Of a DNA stretch of 64,000 nucleotides, positions 49,562 through 58,898 are shown one piece after another. The notes under the pieces were generated by a model. It was not told the origin of the DNA and did no database searches. It was given only the letters and a program-made list of their open reading frames with translations. The stretch covers positions 8,390 through 72,389 of the forward strand of contig JBFGKE010000014.1 of NCBI GenBank assembly GCA_041576815.1. The letters run 5' to 3'. The stretch is from Polyangiales bacterium (GTDB lineage Bacteria; Myxococcota_A; Polyangia; Polyangiales; Houyiibacteriaceae). The position numbers were made by a program, and so were the translations under genes. Each line of letters begins with the position of its first letter. Position 1 is the first letter of the stretch.

Positions 49562-50563
49562 ATGAAGCGTCGTTTTGTACCAATTTTGCTACTTGCCGCA
49601 GCGGCTGTTGCGCTGCCCGGGACCACGAAGACCACCAAAGCCGAGCAGTCGTACACGCTGCGAATCGCTTCGCTTGCGCCGGCAGGCTCGTCGTGGATGA
49701 AGATCCTCAACGCCTGGAACAAGACGCTTCAAGAAAAAACCGAGGGGCGGCTGAAGTTGCGATTTTATCCGGGCGGATCGCAGGGTGACGAGCGCGACTT
49801 CGTCCGCAAGATGCGGGTCGGGCAGCTCGATGGCGGCGTGGTGACGATGACCGGCATGAGCATGTTGGTCCCGGCGATGAACGTGCTCACGTTGCCGGGC
49901 TTCCTCGACACGTATGAAGAGCTCGATCGCGTGCGCGACCGGATGGCGCCTCAGTTCGAAGAGATGTTCACCAAAGAAGGCTTCAAGCTCGTTGGCTGGG
50001 GCGACGCCGGCAAGACCCGGTTGTTTTCCGTGAACCCGATCAAGTCGCCCAACGAGATCAAGGCCATGCGGCCGTGGGTCTGGAAGGACGACCCAATCTT
50101 CGTCGAGTTCTATCAGGTGATTGGCGCAAACGCCGTACGGCTCGGCGTACCGGAGGTCTACCCGGCGCTTCAGACGCGCATGGTCGACGTCATCTCGTCG
50201 TCGGCGCTCACCGCGGTTGCGCTTCAGTGGTACACGCGCGTCAAGTACATGACTGCCCACAACTCGGCAATCATCGCTGGCGGAACGATGATGCGGAAAG
50301 ACAAGTTCGACGAGCTACCGGCGGATCTCCAAAAAGTGTTCCAGACTACGGCGGACCGGGCGCACGAGCTGCTCAACAAGACCATCCGCAAAGACGATCA
50401 GAAGGCTTACAGCATCGTCACGAAGAAGGGCATCGAAGCGGTCGAAGCGGGCGACGCGGCCTCCGAATGGGCAGCCGCGCACAAAAAAGTCCGCGACAAC
50501 CTCACCGGCCGCATGTTCTCGAAGAGCCTAGTCCAAGCAGTCGCTCAAGCCGCCAAGCCATAA
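49562..50563 (+). CDS. TRAP-transporter DctP-type solute-binding protein (second orphan copy)
   Basis: Trimmed to ATG 49562. Signal peptide MKRRFVPILLLAAAAVALPG. LAPAGSSWMKILNAWNKTLQEKTEGRLKL. Confidence 0.8.
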   Translation: MKRRFVPILLLAAAAVALPGTTKTTKAEQSYTLRIASLAPAGSSWMKILNAWNKTLQEKTEGRLKLRFYPGGSQGDERDFVRKMRVGQLDGGVVTMTGMSMLVPAMNVLTLPGFLDTYEELDRVRDRMAPQFEEMFTKEGFKLVGWGDAGKTRLFSVNPIKSPNEIKAMRPWVWKDDPIFVEFYQVIGANAVRLGVPEVYPALQTRMVDVISSSALTAVALQWYTRVKYMTAHNSAIIAGGTMMRKDKFDELPADLQKVFQTTADRAHELLNKTIRKDDQKAYSIVTKKGIEAVEAGDAASEWAAAHKKVRDNLTGRMFSKSLVQAVAQAAKP

Positions 50564-50584
50564 AAAGGGGACAGTCCCCTTTTT
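50562..50584. terminator. Bidirectional hairpin terminator built on the GGGGACAGTCCCC element
   Basis: aaaaaGGGGacagtCCCCttttt sits exactly between the stop codons of convergent genes (TAA 50561-50563, TGA complement 50584-50586). Confidence 0.65.
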
Positions 50585-52203
50585 CAAGCTTTGAGCTGGG
50601 CTGCTAGCTGGCTCGAGAGCTTGTGGACGAGGCCGTAGATCGAGAGCTGCGGGTTGGCACCGATGCTCGTCGGGAAGAGGGAGCCATCCATCACGTAAAG
50701 GTGGTCGAGGTGGTGGAACTTGCCGTTGGAGTCGGTGACGCTTCGCTCCGGGTCGTCGCCCATCGGACAGCCGCCCATGACGTGCGCGCTGCCGACCTTG
50801 GATTTGTGCGCGACCACGTCGAGCTCCGCCAGCGCCGCCTTGGCTGACTTCCACGACGTGTAGTGACGGGCATCGACGTGTGCCGGGCGCGCCGATCTTG
50901 CCCCGGTGGCGAACTGCATCTCCAGCATGACACTCCACGCCCGCTTCACGCCTTCGAGCAGATACCGGTCGACCGGGTAGTCGATCACCGGCTGCCCCTG
51001 GTCGCCGAGCTCGACGGTGCCGCCTTGGCTGTCTTCGTGAAAACCGTCTCGCATCAGCGCGATCATGCACTGCGTGTGGTCGAGCTGGTCCATGCACTCG
51101 GCAATCTCTTCGCCCGCAGCCGTGTAGAAGGCCGCAGCAAAAGCCGGCTGCAGCGGCGGCACCTCGAGCTTGAAGCAGATGGGCCCCGTATCGACACGCT
51201 GCCACTGAAAGTGGTCGGAGTAGATCGACTGAGGTGCGCCGTAGAAAGGGTTGATCCCACCTTCGTAGATGCCCATCGTCAGCGTGGTCGGGTGCAGGAA
51301 CGTTCGCTTGCCGATGCGGCCGTGCGGGTCGGGCACACTGGAGCGAAGCAAGAGCGCCGGCGAGTTCATCGCGCCCCCCGCAACGACGGTTCGGGCCGCC
51401 CGCACCGTGATCTTCTGGCCGGTGGTGCCGCGCACGTTGGGCGTGAGCGCCTCGGCCTCGACGCCCTGGACGGCTTCGCCCTCCCCGAAGAGCCGCACGG
51501 CGCGCGCGTGGTGCACGAGCTTGGCTTTGTTGTCCAGCGCAGCCGGAATCGTCGTGGTGAGCATCGACTGCTTCGCGTCGACCGGGCAGCCGAGCCCACA
51601 GTAGCCGAGGTTCAAGCACCCTCGCACGTTGCGGTGGATCTTTTCCCAGGAATAGCCGAGCTTTTCGGCTGCGCGCTGTAGCATTGCGTTGTTTTCGTTT
51701 GGCGCCTGCGGCCATTCGTGGATGTTGAGCCGCTCTTCCATGTGCTCGAAGTGAGGGGCCATCTCCTCGACGGAGCAGCCGCTCACGCCCATGTTCTCCG
51801 CCCAAAACCTCAAGGTCTCGGGTGGGGTCCGGAAGCTGGTGGTCCAGTTGACCGTCGTCGAGCCACCGACCGACCGGCCCTGGAGGATCACCATGCCGCC
51901 GTCTTTCGTTCCGCGGCCGGTGCCTTCTTGGTAGAGGTCGCGATACGCGGCGCGCTCCTGCATGTCGAACAGGCTCGACGTCTTGAGGGGCCCGGCTTCG
52001 AGCATGACCACGCGCAGCCCGGCGCTGCTCAGCGTCTCGGCCGCGGTACCTCCCCCAGCACCCGTCCCGATGATGACGACGTCGGCCTCGAGCTCGAGCG
52101 GCGCCTCGAGCTTGCTCGCATCGGTGATGTCCCAGCCGCGCTCCGCCGCCTTGTTGTAGGGGTCGGTGCTGTTGTTGAGCGTGATTTGCGAAAGATCGAT
52201 CAC
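50584..52203 (-). CDS. GMC-family FAD oxidoreductase (large subunit, no signal peptide of its own)
   Basis: Trimmed from 50584..52431 to GTG 52203 (GTGA overlap with the upstream stop). DVVIIGTGAGGGTAA, GRSVGGSTTVNW, and C-terminal HVMGGCPMG...MDGSLFPTSIGANPQ. Confidence 0.85.
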   Translation of the reverse strand: MIDLSQITLNNSTDPYNKAAERGWDITDASKLEAPLELEADVVIIGTGAGGGTAAETLSSAGLRVVMLEAGPLKTSSLFDMQERAAYRDLYQEGTGRGTKDGGMVILQGRSVGGSTTVNWTTSFRTPPETLRFWAENMGVSGCSVEEMAPHFEHMEERLNIHEWPQAPNENNAMLQRAAEKLGYSWEKIHRNVRGCLNLGYCGLGCPVDAKQSMLTTTIPAALDNKAKLVHHARAVRLFGEGEAVQGVEAEALTPNVRGTTGQKITVRAARTVVAGGAMNSPALLLRSSVPDPHGRIGKRTFLHPTTLTMGIYEGGINPFYGAPQSIYSDHFQWQRVDTGPICFKLEVPPLQPAFAAAFYTAAGEEIAECMDQLDHTQCMIALMRDGFHEDSQGGTVELGDQGQPVIDYPVDRYLLEGVKRAWSVMLEMQFATGARSARPAHVDARHYTSWKSAKAALAELDVVAHKSKVGSAHVMGGCPMGDDPERSVTDSNGKFHHLDHLYVMDGSLFPTSIGANPQLSIYGLVHKLSSQLAAQLKA

Positions 52204-52766
52204 GGCGCCACCTCCTGCGCCTTCGCGGTAGCGGGCACCTCTCCGACGACTCTCTTCGGCGGCCCAGGGTATCCGGCGGTGGCGGCGTTCTCGGGTATCA
52301 GGTACCAGGCGCTGATGATCAACCGGATGACAGCGGCGTAGACCGCGTTCAGAAGCCCGAGGCTGCTGTCTTTGAGGCGTGCAAGAGCCCCTTCTGCATC
52401 TTCCAACGAGGCTTTCGACCAGCTCGACCACTGCCCGACCAGCAGGCCGCGTGTCGGCGCGAAGCTCAACAGATCGAACGCCTGCTGGACCCCCGCGACC
52501 ACCGGCTCCGATAGATCGTCCATCAGCGTGTCGAACGACTCGATCGTTTGGTCGAGGCCGGCGCTGTCCTCCGGCCTGATCTTGCCCTTCATCACGGCGG
52601 GCGTGAGCGCCCGCAGTAGATCGACGTCTTCAGGCCGAAGCCGTTTCATGCCGGAGGCGGGTCCGCTCGACGTGCATCCGGACAAGCTGGCACCGGTGCT
52701 AATCGTCGTCAGTGTCGCGGCGCCGACCATCGTCAGCTTCAAAAAGTCGCGGCGGTCGGTTTGCAT
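52200..52766 (-). CDS. Tat-signal small subunit (gluconate 2-dehydrogenase subunit 3-like)
   Basis: Trimmed to ATG 52766. MQTDRRDFLKLTMVGAATL is a twin-arginine motif. Its position immediately upstream of a GMC enzyme matches membrane-bound dehydrogenase small subunits. Confidence 0.7.
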   Translation of the reverse strand: MQTDRRDFLKLTMVGAATLTTISTGASLSGCTSSGPASGMKRLRPEDVDLLRALTPAVMKGKIRPEDSAGLDQTIESFDTLMDDLSEPVVAGVQQAFDLLSFAPTRGLLVGQWSSWSKASLEDAEGALARLKDSSLGLLNAVYAAVIRLIISAWYLIPENAATAGYPGPPKRVVGEVPATAKAQEVAP

Positions 52767-52817
52767 CGAGGAAGGATCGCCGCAAACGGCGCTCACCGTC
52801 CAGGGAAAAACACAGTG

Positions 52818-53546
52818 CTAGCCATACGCGCTTCGCACGAAGTACTCGCTCATCGTCACGCTTGTGATTTTCCAGATGGGGAGGAAGTGCGCCACGCTCC
52901 GCAACATGATGGCCATGTTCTTGACGAGCTCGAGTCGATTGCGCGCGCCGTAGAAGAGGAACGGGTTGGTGATGTGCTTTGCAGACGGCCAAGACTCTTC
53001 GACGATGCCTTCGTAGGGCACGGCCCCGGGTGTCAAAACCTCTTCGACGACGTTGCGGACATACCGGCACCGCGGCTGCATCTTCTCGGACATCGGCCCC
53101 TGCCGGTTGAACCAATGACGCATCCATCTGGCTTTCGGGATTCGCCGCGGGCGCTCCAAAGGGGTGACGCTGACGACCCCCGGCGAACGTCGACCGTCGG
53201 GCCAGTCGCGCGTCCTGCCGTGCTCGTTGCCTCCGTAGTCGGTGTAGAGGTGCTCGCGAACGCGATAGCCGGCAATGTCGAGCCCGGCGTCGAGCAAGAC
53301 CGTTTCGAGCCGACCGCGGACTTCGATGTCGTCGATCCAGGCGCTGACCTCGGCAACGAACGGATCGGTGAAGCGTGTCGTCGGCGCCGGCGATGGCACG
53401 GCTGCGTCCTCGTCGTCGACGCGGACGGTGAGATAGCGCGCGCCCGCGTCCAAGAGCGCAGGTGCGCAGTGGCTGAGTAGCCGCCGCCGGCGCTCGGGCG
53501 GCTCCATGGGCTCTCGAGGCCAAACCAGATAGATGAGCTTGATCAT
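52818..53546 (-). CDS. Two-domain EthD-like (dimeric alpha-beta barrel) protein (tentative)
   Basis: MIKLIYLVWPRE... and a second half, IPKARWMRHWFNRQGPMSEKMQP...YVRNVV, resemble EthD domains. ATGA overlap with the upstream gene. Confidence 0.55.
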   Translation of the reverse strand: MIKLIYLVWPREPMEPPERRRRLLSHCAPALLDAGARYLTVRVDDEDAAVPSPAPTTRFTDPFVAEVSAWIDDIEVRGRLETVLLDAGLDIAGYRVREHLYTDYGGNEHGRTRDWPDGRRSPGVVSVTPLERPRRIPKARWMRHWFNRQGPMSEKMQPRCRYVRNVVEEVLTPGAVPYEGIVEESWPSAKHITNPFLFYGARNRLELVKNMAIMLRSVAHFLPIWKITSVTMSEYFVRSAYG

Positions 53547-54607
53547 CGCGCGGCCTTGAAGCGATCGTGCGTCGCGCGGAAGTCCTGCATGAGCTGCGGG
53601 ATGCCCTCGGCCGAGGAGGTGCGCGGCTCGTAGCCGAGGTGGGCGCGCGCCTTGTCGATCCGAAAAGACGCGTCTCTGGAAACCGAAAGCACGCCACGGC
53701 GAGTGAGCGTCGGGAACGGTCCACCCAAGTAGTGCAACAACTCGGAGAAGTGGGCGAACGCGTACGCGAGGCGATGCGGGATGCGGATTTTCGGCCAGGC
53801 ATAGCCCAGTGCGTCGACGATGGGGCGATACCAGAGGACGGGATTGGTCGGCTCTCCGTCACTGACGAAGTACGCCTCGCCTCCGACGAGGCCGGGGTCC
53901 TCGCTCAGCATCTTTGCAACCAGCAGATGGGCGTCTACGACGGAATCCACGTGCACGTTGTCCGTCACCGACGTGCCGTTGCCGATCATCGCCTTGAACT
54001 GACCCGCGGCGAGATGCTCGAGGAAATCGTCGACGACCATCGCTCCCTCACCGGGACCCCAAACCCCGCCCGGACGGACCGCGGCGGTTCGAAGCCCGCC
54101 GGCACGGTCCGCGGCGAGCACGCGTTGCTCCGCCAGTGCTTTGGTCTGCGAGTAGAGGTCGGGGAGACCACCGGGTCCAACGTAGGGCGCGGTCTCGTCG
54201 CCGCCGCGAATTGGAGCATCGACCGCCACCGTGATCGAGCTGGTGAAGACCAACTTCTTCACGCCCGCATCTTGGCAAGCCTCGATGACGCGCTCCGTAC
54301 CGAGCACGTTGACGCCAAATACCTGCCTGCGAACCCTCGGCCGAGCGAGGGTGAGTGTGTTGATGATGGCGGCGGCATGGAAGACGGTGTTCGCTCCCTC
54401 GGTCGCAGCGCGGAGGTCGCTGATCCGTCGGATGTCGCCAACGATGCCGCGCACGCTGGCGTCGCCCTCGAAAGGCGCGAGATCGAAGGCTCTCACCTCG
54501 CACCCGAGGTCGGCGAGGCGGCGAACCAGGTGCTTGCCGACGTAGCCATTGCTGCCGGTCACCAGACACACGGGACCGACTTGATACGGATCGACGGGCA
54601 GCTCCAT
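53543..54607 (-). CDS. 3-beta-hydroxysteroid dehydrogenase/isomerase-family NAD(P) oxidoreductase
   Basis: Trimmed from 53543..54826 to ATG 54607. CLVTGSNGYVGKHLV, VFHAAA, YSQTKALAE (YxxxK), RPGGVWGPGE. Confidence 0.85.
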   Translation of the reverse strand: MELPVDPYQVGPVCLVTGSNGYVGKHLVRRLADLGCEVRAFDLAPFEGDASVRGIVGDIRRISDLRAATEGANTVFHAAAIINTLTLARPRVRRQVFGVNVLGTERVIEACQDAGVKKLVFTSSITVAVDAPIRGGDETAPYVGPGGLPDLYSQTKALAEQRVLAADRAGGLRTAAVRPGGVWGPGEGAMVVDDFLEHLAAGQFKAMIGNGTSVTDNVHVDSVVDAHLLVAKMLSEDPGLVGGEAYFVSDGEPTNPVLWYRPIVDALGYAWPKIRIPHRLAYAFAHFSELLHYLGGPFPTLTRRGVLSVSRDASFRIDKARAHLGYEPRTSSAEGIPQLMQDFRATHDRFKAAR

Positions 54608-54654
54608 GGAACCGCTGCGGAACTTGAACCGCCGTGCTAGCTTGCGCAATCCAG

Positions 54655-56277
54655 ATGAGCAGCCCGACGCCACTCGTTGTCGAAGACGTGGACGGCATGC
54701 GCTGGGATGACGAGGCCGACCTGGTCGTCGTCGGCATGGGCGCCGCGGGGCTGACGGCGGCGGTGGAGGCTCGCGAGCGCGGCGCTGACGTCCTCGTGCT
54801 GGACCGGTTCGGGGGCGGAGGCGCAACCGCGATTAGCGGGGGCGTTTTTTATGCCGGCGGCGGCACGCACATCCAGGAAGAGGCGGGCGTCGAGGATACC
54901 GTGGAGAACATGTACCGCTACCTGTCGATGGAGGTGCAAGACGCGGTTTCCGAAGAAACCCTGCGGCGCTTCTGCGAAACGAGCGCGGAAAACGTCAAGT
55001 GGCTCGCCGACCGAGGTGTTCCGTTCTTCGGGAACCTCTGCCCGGACAAGACGTCATATCCCACGAACGAGTTCCACCTGTACTACTCCGGCAACGAAAC
55101 GGTTCCTCCGTACAATAAGAGGGCCACGCCGGCGGCACGCGGTCATCGTGTCGATGGGGGTGCGTTTCCAGGGGCCAACCTCGTCGAGCCGCTTCGTAGG
55201 GTTGCGATGGACTTAGGGGTCGAGGTTCGGCTTCAATCTCGAGTCAGTCGGCTGATCGTCGGTCTGTCAGGTCGGGTCGTGGGTGTGGAATACCAGCAGC
55301 TCACATCGACGTTCTGGCGGGTGCTTCACCGGTGGCTGCACGGCTGGGACACCGAGCTCGCGAAGGTGGCCCCGAAGGCCGCCGCTCGCCTGCGGCGGGT
55401 TTGTAGCTCGATCGAGGCGAAGCGATCGTCTCCGAAGCGCGTACGCGCCCGTCGCGGGGTCGTGCTGTGCGCGGGCGGGTTCATCTTCAACCCCGAGATG
55501 GTCGCGGAGCACGTGCCTGATTTCGTTCTTGGCCTGGCCATCGGAACCGCGGGCGACGATGGGGTCGGCATTCGGCTCGGACAGGGCGTTGGAGGCAAGG
55601 TCGCGCAGATGCACCGGGCGTCGGCATGGCGTTTCCTCTACCCACCGAACGCATTCGCACAGGGGGTCCTCGTCAACGGGCGAGGTGAGCGGTTTGTGAA
55701 CGAGCTCTGGTACGGCGCGAAGATCGGCGAGGCGATGGTCGAGCAGAACGACGGCATCGCAACTCTCATCATCGACGAGGATTTGAAAAAGCTCGCGCAC
55801 GAGCAGTGCAAGCCGGGTCGGCTGCAGTGGTTTCAGCGCGGTGTTGCGCTGATGAACCTGTACTTCAACTGCAGGAAAGCAGACGACGTCGATGCTCTCG
55901 CGACCATGCTCGACGTGCCGCGAGGAAATCTTCAGAAGACCCTCGACGACTATCGCGATGCGGCGCAGGGCAGGCGTGCGGACCGGTTCGAAAAGTCGGG
56001 CGACAGCATTCATCCGATGAGGGACGGCCCCTTTTTCGCAATCGATTGCTCGCTCGGCTCGAAGCGTCACGTGTGCGCCGTGATGACCCTCGGCGGCCTC
56101 GCTGTCGACGAGCGAACCGGCCAGGTGTTGAGCGAAAACGGCGGAGTGGTGCCGGGCCTCTACGCGGCAGGCCGAAACGCCGTAGGCATCTGCTCCCGCC
56201 AGTACGTCAGCGGCCTCTCGATCGCCGACTGCGTCTTCAGCGCCCGCCGCGCCGCCCACCACGCAACGACTAATTAG
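54655..56277 (+). CDS. FAD-binding dehydrogenase of the 3-ketosteroid dehydrogenase / fumarate reductase flavoprotein type
   Basis: DLVVVGMGAAGLTAAVEA, GGGATAISGGVFYAGG, and C-terminal VPGLYAAGRNA. Start ATG 54655 (alt GTG 54634). Confidence 0.85.
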   Translation: MSSPTPLVVEDVDGMRWDDEADLVVVGMGAAGLTAAVEARERGADVLVLDRFGGGGATAISGGVFYAGGGTHIQEEAGVEDTVENMYRYLSMEVQDAVSEETLRRFCETSAENVKWLADRGVPFFGNLCPDKTSYPTNEFHLYYSGNETVPPYNKRATPAARGHRVDGGAFPGANLVEPLRRVAMDLGVEVRLQSRVSRLIVGLSGRVVGVEYQQLTSTFWRVLHRWLHGWDTELAKVAPKAAARLRRVCSSIEAKRSSPKRVRARRGVVLCAGGFIFNPEMVAEHVPDFVLGLAIGTAGDDGVGIRLGQGVGGKVAQMHRASAWRFLYPPNAFAQGVLVNGRGERFVNELWYGAKIGEAMVEQNDGIATLIIDEDLKKLAHEQCKPGRLQWFQRGVALMNLYFNCRKADDVDALATMLDVPRGNLQKTLDDYRDAAQGRRADRFEKSGDSIHPMRDGPFFAIDCSLGSKRHVCAVMTLGGLAVDERTGQVLSENGGVVPGLYAAGRNAVGICSRQYVSGLSIADCVFSARRAAHHATTN

Positions 56278-56280
56278 ATA

Positions 56281-56298
56281 GGGGACAGTCCCCTTTTT
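56281..56298. terminator. GGGGACAGTCCCC hairpin plus T-tract after the flavoprotein gene
   Basis: taattagataGGGGacagtCCCCttttt. It shares the upstream TAATTAG with the copy at 9062-9079. Confidence 0.6.
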
Positions 56299-56363
56299 GG
56301 TGAATTTCGGCTTTGAATGCCGGCTCTTGGGGCCCGTCTATCTAGAGACAAGGGGTTTTCACC

Positions 56364-56801
56364 ATGCGCTTTTCCATGACTTCACGCTTCACTTGGTTGG
56401 GGATTGCTTTGCTCGCCCCCATGCTTTCCGGATGTATTTTCGTCGGGGATTTCGAGGATGTGTACGTTCCCCCGGGCCCGACGGCCATCACCTACGAAGT
56501 CTGTTATTCGAACATCGATTGCTTCGCGGGTGATTCTTGCGCAGAGCTCGCCGTACCGGCGGATCACTACACGGACTACGTCAACGCGATCTGTACGGTG
56601 GGCTGCTTCGACGACCTCGACTGCCCAGTTTCCGAGTTCAACGGCCTTCCGGGGGCTTGCCTCGACCACGTCATCCTCGGTGGCCCGTTCTCTTCGCGCA
56701 TCTGTCTCGAGCGCTGTGAGATCGACGCGGATTGCGACGTTGTAGCGGGTTTCGGGTGCGGGTTCGTCGATGGAGATCGCCTCTGCATTCCGGTTCGTTG
56801 A
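56364..56801 (+). CDS. Cys-rich lipoprotein
   Basis: LLAPMLSGC lipobox. 12 further Cys in DxDC-type spacing (IDCFAGDSC, DDLDCPV, IDADCDV). Confidence 0.65.
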   Translation: MRFSMTSRFTWLGIALLAPMLSGCIFVGDFEDVYVPPGPTAITYEVCYSNIDCFAGDSCAELAVPADHYTDYVNAICTVGCFDDLDCPVSEFNGLPGACLDHVILGGPFSSRICLERCEIDADCDVVAGFGCGFVDGDRLCIPVR

Positions 56802-56858
56802 GGCTGGAACGAATGCCTGAAATTCCGTATTCTGGCGGCACGCGCGAGGAGGTGCCCC

Positions 56859-57125
56859 ATGAGCGCGGCAAAGTCATTCAACGTAGAAATCCATGTGGTC
56901 GAAGATGGCCCGACGACGGACGCGAGGGCTAGCATCACGATCGGCGGCGAGCAGATCTCGGCGACGGGCCGAGCCCGCCGTAACCCGGACGATCCCGATC
57001 GACCGATGATCGGCGACGAGCTCGCGATCGCGCGATCGCTCGTCGTGCTGGCGCGGGAGCTCGGCAAGAAGGTGGATGAAGGCATTGCGGCCTACGAGGG
57101 CCACGAGGTTCACATCCAGCTCTAG
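56859..57125 (+). CDS. DUF1876-like small protein
   Basis: FNVEIHVVEDGPTTDARASI...TGRARRNPDDPDRPMIGDELAIARSL matches the DUF1876 pattern. 88 aa. Confidence 0.65.
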   Translation: MSAAKSFNVEIHVVEDGPTTDARASITIGGEQISATGRARRNPDDPDRPMIGDELAIARSLVVLARELGKKVDEGIAAYEGHEVHIQL

Positions 57126-57178
57126 AAGTCGCGGCCCCAAGAAGCGATGGCTGTGGTAGCGTTCCTCGCGGAGGACGC

Positions 57179-57838
57179 GTGGCACGATTTCTCATCACCG
57201 GCGCGAACCGGGGCATCGGTCTCGAGCTCAGCAGGCAGCTCACCGCGCGTGGCGATGAGGTCATCGCGCTCTGCCGAAGGCCGAGTGAAGAGCTGGTCGC
57301 ACTCGGCGTCGAGGTGTTCGACGGCGTCGACGTCACCGATCCGACGGCTCTCGGTGCGGTGTCCGACGGCCTCAGGACCACCCCGATCGACGTGCTGGTC
57401 AACAACGCCGGCATCTTCACCCACGAATCCTTCGACGACCTCGATTTCGCACAGATCCGAGCGAATTTCGAAGTCAACGCCCTCGGCGCGCTCCGAGTCA
57501 CCTCGGTGTTTCACGAGCACCTTCGTCGGGGCTCGAAAGTGATTCTGATCACCAGTCGCATGGGCTCGATCGGCGACAACGGCTCCGGTAGCTACTACGG
57601 CTATCGGATGTCGAAGGCGGCGCTCAACATGGCGGGAGTGAACCTCGCCCACGACCTTCGCAGAGATGGCATCGCGGTCGCGATTCTTCATCCGGGCATG
57701 GTCGCGACGTCGATGACCGGGCACAGCGGAATCCCGGTGGAGGAGTCGGCGAACGGGTTGATCGCGCGCATCGACGAGCTCCAACTCGAGGACTCGGGCG
57801 GCTTCTGGCATGCCGACGGGCAGCGACTTCCTTGGTGA
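57179..57838 (+). CDS. CsgA/Sniffer-like short-chain dehydrogenase
   Basis: FLITGANRGIGLEL. ITSRMGSIGDNGSGSYYGYRMSKAALNM and the C-terminal GGFWHADGQRLPW closely resemble Myxococcus CsgA as I recall it. GTG start. Confidence 0.85.
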   Translation: MARFLITGANRGIGLELSRQLTARGDEVIALCRRPSEELVALGVEVFDGVDVTDPTALGAVSDGLRTTPIDVLVNNAGIFTHESFDDLDFAQIRANFEVNALGALRVTSVFHEHLRRGSKVILITSRMGSIGDNGSGSYYGYRMSKAALNMAGVNLAHDLRRDGIAVAILHPGMVATSMTGHSGIPVEESANGLIARIDELQLEDSGGFWHADGQRLPW

Positions 57839-58898
57839 GGTTGTTGTCCGGCGAAGTGAGATCCGGCAAGCTGCGCGGACTGTGCACGTCGATTGGGAAA
57901 ACCTGCCCACCGAAGAGCTTCTGGACGTGCGCCTCCGCGAGCTCGGCCTGACGATCGGCGGCACCTGGCTCGAGGACTGCGTCGAACGGCTCCGTGAAGA
58001 GCTCGACGAGGCCGGTCTCCACAGGTTTCGCCCTCACACGTGGCTGAGCGACGAGTGGTGCTCACCCGACGGCATTCCCGGCATCGGTATCCCATTTTAT
58101 TTGGCGCACCCGCGGCTGATCCGGCTCGAGCGGCAAATGATGTTCGAAGTCGAGGGCGGAACCCGGATGGAGTGCATGCGCCTCTTGCGACACGAGGCTG
58201 GCCATGCGCTTCAGCACGCGTACAACCTGCAGCGGCGAAAGCGCTGGCAGCAAGCCTTCGGTCGTGCATCCGAGCCCTACCCCGATTTCTACCGACCCAA
58301 CCCTCTGAGCAGGGGATTCGTCGAGCACCTGGACGGCTGGTACGCGCAGGCCCACCCGGTCGAGGACTTCGCCGAGACGTTCGCGGTGTGGCTCGCGCCG
58401 CGCTCCAATTGGCGAAAGCGGTACGAGCACTCCGACGCCCTCGACAAGCTCGAGTACATCGACGAGCTGGTTGCGGACCTGTCCGACAAGAAGCCTCTGG
58501 TCAACTCGCGTGCACGCCCGTACTCGCTTCCACAGCTTCGCCACACGCTGCGCCGTCACTACGAGCGCCGCCAGGAGCACTACAGCCCCGGGTTCAGCGA
58601 CGAATATGACCGAGACCTTCTCAAGATCTTCGGTGACTCTCCGCGCTATCGAAACAACGAAACGGCCGCATCGTTTTTGCGCCGAAATCGCCGACAGATT
58701 CGCGAGCAAATCTCGCTTTTCACCGGCGAATATCAGTTCACCGTGGACCAGGTGCTCCGTGATATCATCGGGCGGTGTCGCGAGCTCCGGCTCCGGCTCA
58801 CCAAGGGGGAGCGTCAGACGAAGCTCGACTTTGCCATCATGTTGACGGTGCATACCGTGCACCTTCTGCACCGGCGAGATACATGGCATCCACTCTAA
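57810..58898 (+). CDS. Putative zinc metallopeptidase (HExxH)
   Basis: LLRHEAGHALQH HExxH motif with downstream EDFAETFA. Overlaps the SDR 3' end by 29 nt and the ATP-grasp 5' end by 16 nt. Confidence 0.7.
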   Translation: MPTGSDFLGEVVVRRSEIRQAARTVHVDWENLPTEELLDVRLRELGLTIGGTWLEDCVERLREELDEAGLHRFRPHTWLSDEWCSPDGIPGIGIPFYLAHPRLIRLERQMMFEVEGGTRMECMRLLRHEAGHALQHAYNLQRRKRWQQAFGRASEPYPDFYRPNPLSRGFVEHLDGWYAQAHPVEDFAETFAVWLAPRSNWRKRYEHSDALDKLEYIDELVADLSDKKPLVNSRARPYSLPQLRHTLRRHYERRQEHYSPGFSDEYDRDLLKIFGDSPRYRNNETAASFLRRNRRQIREQISLFTGEYQFTVDQVLRDIIGRCRELRLRLTKGERQTKLDFAIMLTVHTVHLLHRRDTWHPL

